Below are positions 51,355-60,600 of a stretch of 64,000 nucleotides of DNA, in pieces. The DNA comes from a virus, in IMG/VR virus record IMGVR_UViG_3300027754_000045, positions 32,001 through 96,000 of that record, one strand, 5' to 3'. Numbering within the stretch: position 1 is the first letter of the stretch; every line of letters begins with the position of its first letter. The notes beneath the pieces are model-generated. The model ran no database searches and had not been told where the DNA came from. It was given only the letters and a program-made list of their open reading frames with translations. The translations under genes and the position numbers were made by a program.

Positions 51355-52473
51355 ATGAAAAAAATATTAGTATTAGGTGGTGGCGGATTTATAGGTTCTC
51401 ATTTAGTTAAAAGACTAAAAAACGAAGGGCATTTTGTACGAGTTTGTGATTTAAAACATCCAGAGTATTCATATACTACAGCAGATGAATTTATTATTGG
51501 AGATTTAAGAAATCAAATAGTCTGTGATAGAGTATTTGATATGCAATTTGACGAAGTATATCAATTAGCAGCAGATATGGGTGGTGCTGGATATATCTTT
51601 ACTGGAGAAAATGATGCAAACGTTATGCATAATTCTGCATTAATCAATTTAAATGTAGTTGAACGATGTGTTAAAACTAAAGTAGGTCGAGTATTTTATT
51701 CTTCCTCGGCTTGTATATATCCTGCATACAATCAGCAAGATCCAAATAACCCAAAATGTTCAGAAGATAGTGCATATCCTGCTGCTCCAGATAGTGAATA
51801 TGGTTGGGAAAAATTATTCAGTGAACGATTATATCTTTCATTTAGTCGTAACTACAAATTAGATGTACGTATTGCAAGATATCATAATATTTTTGGTCCA
51901 GAAGGAACATGGAAGGGTGGTAAGGAAAAGGCTCCAGCGGCTCTTTGTCGTAAAGTATCAGAAGCAAATAATAATTCTTCTATTGAGGTATGGGGCCCTG
52001 GACAACAGACACGTTCTTTTTTATATATCGATGAATGTATAGAAGCAACCATAAGACTTATGAGATCTGATTTTACAGGACCAGTAAATATTGGTTCAGA
52101 AGAAATGATAAATATTAATGATCTTGCAAAAACTATTATTAATATTTCTAATAAAAACATTATAATTAATAATGTGAAAGGACCAGTTGGAGTTATGGGA
52201 AGAAATTCAGATAATAAATTATATAAAGAACAAATTGGTTGGGAACCATCACAACCATTAGTAGAAGGTCTTAAAATTACATATAAATGGATCGAAACAC
52301 AACACATGAGTTGTTTGTCTTTTACTAGTATTGCTCAATTAGATATTGAAGATAAAACTGGAAAAGATACAAGAGATAATCCATCAATCATAAAACCAGA
52401 ATATATTAATAATGGAAAATCAGAAAAAGTTAGTGTTGCTCAATTAGACATTGAAGATAGATTTAGGAGTTAA
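51355..52473 (+). CDS. GDP-mannose 3,5-epimerase-like extended SDR
   Basis: GGGGFIG, QLAADMGGAG.I, HN..IN, YSSSAC.YP, YGWEK, R.HNI.GP.G.W.GG.EKAPAA.CRK. Confidence 0.85.
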   Translation: MKKILVLGGGGFIGSHLVKRLKNEGHFVRVCDLKHPEYSYTTADEFIIGDLRNQIVCDRVFDMQFDEVYQLAADMGGAGYIFTGENDANVMHNSALINLNVVERCVKTKVGRVFYSSSACIYPAYNQQDPNNPKCSEDSAYPAAPDSEYGWEKLFSERLYLSFSRNYKLDVRIARYHNIFGPEGTWKGGKEKAPAALCRKVSEANNNSSIEVWGPGQQTRSFLYIDECIEATIRLMRSDFTGPVNIGSEEMININDLAKTIINISNKNIIINNVKGPVGVMGRNSDNKLYKEQIGWEPSQPLVEGLKITYKWIETQHMSCLSFTSIAQLDIEDKTGKDTRDNPSIIKPEYINNGKSEKVSVAQLDIEDRFRS

Positions 52474-53348
52474 TGATGAAAATAGTATTTTTTAATCATC
52501 ACTCTGATGAAATGTATTGGCACATCAAAACCTTTCAATCTCTTGGGCACGAATGTTGTGTAGCCACTCGTAGACTTACTTTAGAATGCGGAGAAGATTA
52601 CTGCACATTTAATGAATCTGGACTTGTGCAAAAAGGTCCAGTATTTTATAAGTGGGAACACCTTCACCCCGACATGGATTTAACCTTTACAGATACACTT
52701 GAAGGCTTTGATGCAGCAGCAACAATAAGTAAAAAAATTCCACATGTTTTGGCACCAAAAATGAAAGTATTTGCGTGTATAGTAGTAAAATACGATATTA
52801 ATAATTTTAATAATATACAAAATGTTACTAAAATAATAGCACATCCAGATGCAAAACAATGGAATGGACATTTTGTTCCTAAGTATGTTCCACCTTATGG
52901 AAAAATTGGTGATAATATCTACATAAGTCAATTAATGGAAAGATATTACACAAAATACTTAAAAGATTTAATAGAATTAAAAAAACAAGGATATCCAGTT
53001 ATTGTTGCTGGAGCAAACGAAGCACCAGATGGTGTTGTTGGTGATTTAGATTTATTACAAAATACTAGATTTTTAGTTCATGATAAAGATTATGGAATAT
53101 CTTGTGGTGCAGTATTAAAGGCTTTAGATTCAGGTTGTATGGTATACATTAGTAAAATTAATAGAATTGAAATTGGATTATCTGATGTTCCAGATAAGTG
53201 TTTTATATTTAACGATGATATTTCTATCAAAGATGCATATCATAAATATAAAAAATATGATAAATGTGATATTCAGACAACATACCGCAACGTAAGAAAC
53301 ATAAATAATGCAGTGGAGCGATTGAAAGATATTCTTTGTATGATGTAA
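52473..53348 (+). CDS. Hypothetical protein, possible GT-B glycosyltransferase
   Basis: MKIVFF start, H.K..G...GAV..A...G motif; island context. Confidence 0.45.
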   Translation: MMKIVFFNHHSDEMYWHIKTFQSLGHECCVATRRLTLECGEDYCTFNESGLVQKGPVFYKWEHLHPDMDLTFTDTLEGFDAAATISKKIPHVLAPKMKVFACIVVKYDINNFNNIQNVTKIIAHPDAKQWNGHFVPKYVPPYGKIGDNIYISQLMERYYTKYLKDLIELKKQGYPVIVAGANEAPDGVVGDLDLLQNTRFLVHDKDYGISCGAVLKALDSGCMVYISKINRIEIGLSDVPDKCFIFNDDISIKDAYHKYKKYDKCDIQTTYRNVRNINNAVERLKDILCMM

Positions 53349-53351
53349 ACC

Positions 53352-55967
53352 ATGGAAAAAATAATAATAACAGGCGGTCTTGGTTATATTGGTTCTGAAT
53401 TATGTAAATTATATTCAGGCGAAGCTCGTTTCAAAAACATAACGGTAATTGATTCTCGTTTTATTTCTGAAAGAGTTAAACAACTCAGAGATTGGGGTAT
53501 TAATTTTGTTCAAGGATCGATTTTAGACGAATCTTTTATTTCTAGTCTTATCAAAGATGCAGATGTTGTTATTCATCTTGCTGGTATAACCGATGTAGCA
53601 TATACTAAAACCGAAGCAAATGAAGAAAAAGATATTCAAATACGCCAAATAGGAATTAATGGTACTAGAAATATTATTAAATATACTAAAAAGAATTGCA
53701 AAATTATATTTCCTTCAACACACGTTGTATTTGAGGGATTTTCTGAAACTAAAATTAATATTGAAGAAACAGAACAGCCATGTCCAATTTTGACATATTC
53801 TATTGGAAAAGCACAATCAGAAATTGATATTATTCAATCTAATAAAAATTATATTATTCTTCGTTTAGCCTCAGTATACGGTTATTCTACCGATACTACA
53901 AGAATGAATATAATGCCTAATTTATTTTCTAAAATTGCATCACAGAATGGAACAATTAGTCTTTTTTCTGGTGGAATTCAATTAAAAAGTCTGGTTCCTT
54001 TAATTGATGTGGCTAGATGTATGAAATTTATGGCAGAAAATAATATAAAGAAAGAAATATTTCATCTTTCAAAAGAAACTATGACCGTTAAAGAAGTTGC
54101 AAATATCTGTAAAGAATTTAATCCTAAATTAACTATAATAGAAACAAAAGACGAAATTCCAAATCTTGGTTATACATTATCTAATAAAAAATTATTATCT
54201 ACTGGTTTTCAATTTTTATATGATATTAGACAATGTATTAAAGAAATGATTAATAATTGGTCAATCAAAGATATAAATTTAGAATTAGAATATTTAGATA
54301 AGGGTGGTAAAGAATTTGTTGATTCTCGTGGTAAAATTTTAAATTATGAACTCACAGAACCAATTAATATGATTGGTTATATTGAATCTAAAAAAGGAAC
54401 AGTAAGAGCAAATCATTATCATCCAATTCAAGAACAAAAATGTTTACTTGTTAAGGGTCAATATATTAGTGTAATAAAAGATCTTTCAATAGAAAATGGT
54501 CAAATTGAAACTAAACTAGTAAATGAAGGTGATATTGCTATTATCAAACCAAATGTTGCTCATACAATGATATTTACAGAAGATTCAATTTTCTTAAATT
54601 TGGTTCGGGGAGAGAGAGAACATTCAAATTATGGTATTACGCATACCATTCCATATATTCTTGTAGATGAAGAAACAAAAAATAGACTTCTTTTATCATA
54701 TAAAACTTCATGTAAATCGTGTGGTAATAAACATTTAGATAGAGTTATCTCTTTAGGCAATTCACCTCTAGCAAATAATCTTAAAAATTCTATAAATGAA
54801 AATACTGAAGTATATCCACTAGAAGTTAATTACTGTTCAAAGTGTCAAAATTGTCAACTTTCTGTTGTTGTACCACCAGAAAAAATGTTTGATAATTATC
54901 TTTATGTTTCTTCTACAACATCAGTTTTCAGAAACCATTTTGAAAATGTAGCTTTACAATATATTGATGAATTTAATTTAGATAATACTTCTTTAGTTGT
55001 TGATATTGGAAGTAATGATGGTGTAGGTATTAAACCATTTATGGACAGAGGAATAAAAGTAGTTGGAGTAGATCCTGCTAAAAATATTGCAAATATTGCA
55101 AATGATAAAAATATTCCAACTATAAATGAATATTTTGATCATAGCACTGCAATTAAAATTATTGAAAAATATGGAAAAGCAAAATTAGTAACTGCGTCTA
55201 ATGTTTTTGCACATTCAGATAAGTTAGTAGATATTGCTAATAGTGCTTTTGAATTATTGGATGATGATGGTGTATTTATTGTTGAAGTTCAGTATTTATT
55301 AGATACTATAAATGATTTAACTTTTGATAATATTTATCACGAACATGTAAATTATTGGAGTATTACTTCTATTAATAATTTTTTTAATAATTTAAATTTG
55401 ATAGTTTATAAAGTAGAGCACATAGATACTCATGGTGGTTCTGTAAGAGTTTATGTAAAAAGAAATGGATGCTTAATAGAGCCTAGCGTTAATATTTATC
55501 TGGAAAATGAAAATAATTTTGGTATTAAAACCTTAAAAACATATAAAGAATTTGAAAAAAATATAATTAATATTAAAAAAATTGTAAATGAAAATTTTAA
55601 AAAATTAAAAGAAAAATACGGCACAATTGCTGCATATGGTTCACCAGCAAAAGCAACAACTTCTTTAAATTATTTTGGTATTAATAATAATTATATTGAT
55701 TATACTATAGAAGATAATCAGATGAAAGATGGTAAATATATTCCTGGAGTAAATATTCCTATTAAAAATAAAGAATATTGTATATCTAATCCACCAAAAA
55801 TTATTGTTGTTCTTGCTTGGAACTTTTTTGAACATATTAAAAATAGTAACAAAATATTATTAGACATGGGAATAAGGTTTATAAATATAAAAGAGTTACA
55901 AGATATTAATTTTAAATTAGATGATAAACCACAAATAGATACTAAGAATTTTATATATTACATGTAA
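53352..55967 (+). CDS. Tri-domain fusion: SDR reductase/epimerase + cupin + NDP-sugar C-methyltransferase
   Basis: GGLGYIG and YSIGK; RANHYH...AH cupin; CKSC...LG..PLAN...C..C..QL, DIGSNDG, NVFAH, IYHEH, HGGS.R, YG.PAK, LAWNF. Confidence 0.85.
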   Translation: MEKIIITGGLGYIGSELCKLYSGEARFKNITVIDSRFISERVKQLRDWGINFVQGSILDESFISSLIKDADVVIHLAGITDVAYTKTEANEEKDIQIRQIGINGTRNIIKYTKKNCKIIFPSTHVVFEGFSETKINIEETEQPCPILTYSIGKAQSEIDIIQSNKNYIILRLASVYGYSTDTTRMNIMPNLFSKIASQNGTISLFSGGIQLKSLVPLIDVARCMKFMAENNIKKEIFHLSKETMTVKEVANICKEFNPKLTIIETKDEIPNLGYTLSNKKLLSTGFQFLYDIRQCIKEMINNWSIKDINLELEYLDKGGKEFVDSRGKILNYELTEPINMIGYIESKKGTVRANHYHPIQEQKCLLVKGQYISVIKDLSIENGQIETKLVNEGDIAIIKPNVAHTMIFTEDSIFLNLVRGEREHSNYGITHTIPYILVDEETKNRLLLSYKTSCKSCGNKHLDRVISLGNSPLANNLKNSINENTEVYPLEVNYCSKCQNCQLSVVVPPEKMFDNYLYVSSTTSVFRNHFENVALQYIDEFNLDNTSLVVDIGSNDGVGIKPFMDRGIKVVGVDPAKNIANIANDKNIPTINEYFDHSTAIKIIEKYGKAKLVTASNVFAHSDKLVDIANSAFELLDDDGVFIVEVQYLLDTINDLTFDNIYHEHVNYWSITSINNFFNNLNLIVYKVEHIDTHGGSVRVYVKRNGCLIEPSVNIYLENENNFGIKTLKTYKEFEKNIINIKKIVNENFKKLKEKYGTIAAYGSPAKATTSLNYFGINNNYIDYTIEDNQMKDGKYIPGVNIPIKNKEYCISNPPKIIVVLAWNFFEHIKNSNKILLDMGIRFINIKELQDINFKLDDKPQIDTKNFIYYM

Positions 55968-55982
55968 AGAGAAAGTTAAATT

Positions 55983-57227
55983 ATGCCTAAATTATGCCTA
56001 TCGATGATTGTTAAAAATGAAACTCACATTATCAAAGAATGCCTGGATTCAATCTACAAGTATGTGGATTACTGGGTCATTGTGGATACTGGTTCCACAG
56101 ACGGAACTCAAGAGTTAATTAAAAACTTCTTTGCCGAGAAGGGTATTCCTGGAGAACTTCATGAACGCCCATGGGTAGGATTCGGTGATAACCGCACAGA
56201 GGCTCTACAACTCTGCGACGGCAAGGCAGACTGGGCATGGATGATTGATGCCGACGACTATGTGGAAGGAGAGTTTCAGTTTCCGTTTAATGTGGGAGAA
56301 GTTGAAGCATTTGCTCTTGCGTTTGGTCGTGGCGAGTTCAGTTGGTGGAGAACTCAGATTTTCCGCACAGGTATTGGCTGGAGATACGAAGGCATTCTTC
56401 ACGAGTACCCAACAAAGCCAAATGTGGAAACTACTCCTCCAAAGATTGCAAAGCTGGAAGGAAAATATAAAATTGTTGCTCGCACCGTTGGAGCACGTAA
56501 TGTAGGCATTGATCCTATCGAGAAGTATAAACGGGATGCCATCATGTTGGAAGAAGTTCTGGTTAAGGAACCAAACAATGTAAGATACCAGTTCTATCTG
56601 GCTCAAAGCTATTTTGACTCTCAGCAATGGGAAAAGGCAGAAGCCGCCTACAAGAAGCGTGTAGAGATGGGTGGCTGGGAAGAAGAGCAATACTATTCAG
56701 CTTTTCGTATCGCCATGTGCCGTGGTCTTGCCAACAAGCCTTGGATCGAAATTCAGCAAGGATTCCTAGAATCCTGGGAACTTCGACCACACCGAGCAGA
56801 GCCTCTTCATCAGATTGCACGAGTCTACCGAATGATGGGTCATCCACGACTAGCCTTCTTATACGCAAAGATGGCTCTTGATATTCCGTATCCAAAGGAT
56901 GATATCTTGTTCGTCTCCGAAGATGTCTACAAGCATGCTGTTCTAGACGAAATTGCTTCCACTGCTTTCTATGCAGGAAAGCCTCATATGGGATACTCTG
57001 CCTGCAAGAAACTATTACTGGAAAACCTGCTTCCTCCAGATCAGGTTGAGCGTGTGCAAACCAATCTGAGTCAATACTTAAAGTTCTTTGAACAAAGTAA
57101 TCAAATGGAGATTATCAAGCAGTTAGATGAACAAGCCTCAAAACAAGCCGAAAAACGAGACCATAAACCTGCCCTATTTCCAGCACAAAAAAAGAACTTT
57201 AAAACTAGAAAACCAGTACATCGATAA
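55983..57227 (+). CDS. GT2 glycosyltransferase with C-terminal TPR repeats
   Basis: L.MIVKNE...I.ECLDS, VDTGSTDGT, F...R..AL, IDADD, W.Y.G.LHE, then TPR-like RY.FYLAQSY.D and P.RAEP. Confidence 0.9.
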   Translation: MPKLCLSMIVKNETHIIKECLDSIYKYVDYWVIVDTGSTDGTQELIKNFFAEKGIPGELHERPWVGFGDNRTEALQLCDGKADWAWMIDADDYVEGEFQFPFNVGEVEAFALAFGRGEFSWWRTQIFRTGIGWRYEGILHEYPTKPNVETTPPKIAKLEGKYKIVARTVGARNVGIDPIEKYKRDAIMLEEVLVKEPNNVRYQFYLAQSYFDSQQWEKAEAAYKKRVEMGGWEEEQYYSAFRIAMCRGLANKPWIEIQQGFLESWELRPHRAEPLHQIARVYRMMGHPRLAFLYAKMALDIPYPKDDILFVSEDVYKHAVLDEIASTAFYAGKPHMGYSACKKLLLENLLPPDQVERVQTNLSQYLKFFEQSNQMEIIKQLDEQASKQAEKRDHKPALFPAQKKNFKTRKPVHR

Positions 57228-57242
57228 AGCCTAAATACACGT

Positions 57243-57653
57243 ATGACCGCAAAATACGACTTAACAATCAATAAAGGTTCTAATTTTGAGTTTTGGCTTC
57301 AGTATCAAAGAGAAGACAACACTCCAGTCGATTTAAGTGCGTATACTGCCGCACTGGTAGTTAAACGATTTAAAGGACAAGAATATCCTATTTTGTCTAT
57401 GAATAATTCTGGCTTGACTTATGGGTATAGTTCTGGAAATACTCTTGGTCTTTCTGGTTCGGGCAATATAAGTCTTAATACAGATTATGACGGAACAGGA
57501 ATTACTGGAGGAATTTCTGTAAATATCACAGCAAACACAACAAAAAAACTAACTTCAGGAAGTCATTTTTATGATTTAAATTTGATGATAGGAATTACGT
57601 ATTCTCAAAAACTTCTTGAAGGAAAGATTTTCATACAAGACGGATCACGTTAA
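57243..57653 (+). CDS. Small virion structural protein (BppU-N/Ig-like)
   Basis: YDL.I.KGS.F, P.DL..Y, I...I.A..T..L..G...YDL, LLEG.I; CTAAATA late-promoter-like site just upstream. Confidence 0.6.
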   Translation: MTAKYDLTINKGSNFEFWLQYQREDNTPVDLSAYTAALVVKRFKGQEYPILSMNNSGLTYGYSSGNTLGLSGSGNISLNTDYDGTGITGGISVNITANTTKKLTSGSHFYDLNLMIGITYSQKLLEGKIFIQDGSR

Positions 57654-60600
57654 TGAAACTCAAAATTCGTGAACTTTTAAATAAGGTTTTGTTTTTTAAT
57701 AAACCTCAGGAAAATATAACTAAACTTAAAATAATTGAGCAAGTTAAGTTTAATACTGTTTCAGTCAATACTGATTTTTTTGCTAATGATTTTTTTAATT
57801 TTCTTCCTACAATAACAAGTATTGCTCCAACTTCTGGTTTAGTAGCTGGAGGAACGTCATTTACTATAACAGGTACTAATCTTACTGGTACTTCTAGCGT
57901 AACTGTTGGCGGTGTTGCAGCAACCAGCGTTGCTGTTGTTTCTGGGACTTCTGTTACGGCTGTTACTCCAGCAGGAACAGCAGGCGTAAAGAGTGTTGTT
58001 CTTACTACTCCTGGAGGAACAGCCACTGCATCAAGTGCATTTACCTATATTGGCGTACCTACAATAACAACAATAAATCCTAGTACTGGTGTATTAGCTG
58101 GAGGAACACCATTTACTATAGGAGGAACTAATTTATTAAATACTTCTAGTGTAACTGTTGGCGGTGTTGCGGCAACCAGCGTTACTATTGTTTCTAGTAC
58201 TTCTGTTACCGCTGTTACTCCAGTAGGAACAGCAGGCGTAAAGAATATTGTTCTTACTACTCCAGGAGGAACAGTAACATTCTCAAGTGCTTTTGAATAC
58301 ACAGATATTGCTGTATTCCCTACAATAACAATTATTGCTCCAATTTCTGGAGTATTAGCAGGAGGAACAACCTTTGGCATAACAGGAACTAATTTATCAG
58401 ATACTTCTAGCGTAACTATTGGTGGTGTTACCGCTACTAGCCTTACTAATGTTTCTAGTGTTTTTGTTACTGCACGTACTCCAGCAGGAGCAACAATAGG
58501 CTTAAAGAATATTGCTTTAACAACTCCTATAGGAACAGCAATATCAGCAAATGCATTCACGTATATTGGCCTACCTACAATAACAAGTATTGCTCCAACT
58601 TCTGGTGTATTAGCAGGAGGAACAACCTTTGGTATAACAGGAACTAATTTATCAAATACTTCTAGCGTAACTGTTGGTGGTGTTACGGCTACTAGTCTTA
58701 CTAATGTTTCTGATACTTCTGTTACTGCACGTACTCCAGCAGGAGTAACAACAGGATTAAAGAATATCACTTTAATAACTCCAGGAGGAACAACTACTGC
58801 ACCAAATGCATTTACGTATATTGGCCTACCTACAATAACAGAAATTACTCCAAATTCTGGTCCAGTAAGCACCGAAACAACTGTAAATATAGATGGCACT
58901 AATTTATCAGGTACTTCTAGTGTAACTGTTGGCGGTGTTGCGGCAACTAATTTAAATATATTTAGCCCATTTAGCGTAGGGTGTGATTTTCCAGTAGGAA
59001 CAATAGGTGCAAAGAATGTTGTTCTTACTACTCCAGGAGGAATAACTACTGCACTAAATGCATTCACGTATATTGGCGTACCTACAATAACAAGTATTTC
59101 TCCTACTTCTGGTGTAGTAGCAGGAGGAACAACTATTACTATAACAGGTACTAATTTATCAGATACTACTATCGTAACTATTGATGGTGTTGAGGTAACT
59201 AGCTTTACTAATGTTTCTAGTACTTCTGTCACGGTTGTTACTCCAGCAGGAGCAACAATAGGCGCAAAAAATATTGTTCTTACTAATTTCGGAGGAACAG
59301 TTACTGCACCAAACGTATTTACGTATATTGGGCTACCTACAATAACAAGTATTGCTCCAGCTTCTGGCGTATTAGCAGGAGGAACGACTTTAGGAATAAC
59401 AGGAACTAATTTATCAGGTACTTCTAGCGTAACTGTTGGTGGTGTTACGGCTACTAGTCTTACTAATGTTTCTAGTGTTTTTGTTACTGCACGTACTCCA
59501 ACAGGAGCAATAATAGGAGTAAAGAATATTGTTCTTACTACTCCAGGAGGAATAACTACTGCACTAAACGCATTTACCTATATTGGCGTACCTACAATAA
59601 CAACAATAAATCCTAATACTGGTATATTAGCTGGAGGAACATCATTTACTATAGCAGGAACTAATTTATCAAATACTTCTAGCGTAACTGTTGGCGGTGT
59701 TGCGGCAACGAACGTTACTACTCTTTCTGGGACTTCTGTTACTGCAGTTACTCCAGCAGGATCAGCAGGCCTAAAGAATATTGTTCTTACTAATCCAGGA
59801 GGAACAGTTACTGCATCAAATGCTTTTGAATACACAGATATTACTATAATACCTACAATAACAAGTATTTCTCCAACTTCTGGCGTATTAGCAGGAGGAA
59901 CAACTTTAGGCATAACAGGAACTAATTTATCAAATACTACTAGCGTAAAGGTTGATGGTGTTACCGCTACTAGTCTTACTAATGTTTCTAGTGTTTTTGT
60001 TACTGCAGTAACTCCAGCAGGAGCAACAATAGGCCTAAAGAATATTACTCTAAATACTACTCTTGGAGGAGTAACATCAGTAAATGCATTTACTTATATT
60101 GGCCTACCTACAATAACAAGTATTGCTCCAATTTCTGGCGTATTAACAGGAGGAACAACCTTTGGCATAACAGGAACTAATTTATCAGATACTTCTAGCG
60201 TAACTGTTGGTGGTGTTACTGCTACTAGCCTTACTAATGTTTCTAGTGTTTTTGTTACTGCAGTAACTCCAGCAGGAGCAACAACAGGCGCAAAGAATAT
60301 TGTTCTTACTACTCCAGGAGGAATAACTACTGCACTAAACGCATTTACTTATACGGATTTTAATCTTGATTTTGCAAGAATACAAGTATTAGCAGATACT
60401 CGTATAAGTGATTTGTGGGTATTAGATACTACAAAAGCAAAACCTGTTGGTGTTGTTGCTGGGAAGTTTTATGCTCAAAGTGGCATTGATCGTTCTCAAG
60501 GAGGTTACACATCTGCTCCTAATGGAAGATTGACAAAATGGGCACAACCATTATTTTATACTCCCAGATCTATGGCAGATGTTATTAAAGGAACAACTGC

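Noticed and set aside
828-56895. Other short minus-strand and nested alternative-frame ORFs
   Set aside because: They overlap well-supported + strand genes and have no recognisable motifs.
42385-57227. Island as a DNA hypermodification system
   Set aside because: No dNMP hydroxymethylase, thymidylate-synthase-like or T4 alpha/beta-glucosyltransferase gene is recognisable in the window. Not excluded genome-wide, but less supported.
57706-59913. Minus-strand ORFs (106, 395 and 111 aa) over the repeat array
   Set aside because: Antisense shadows of the T/G/V-rich IPT repeats. The real gene is the + strand ORF from 57653, missed by the track because it has no stop in the window.
57806-60352. 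Possible CRISPR array or mobile element
   Set aside because: Units are ~255-bp in-frame coding repeats without unique spacers; no cas or transposase genes.
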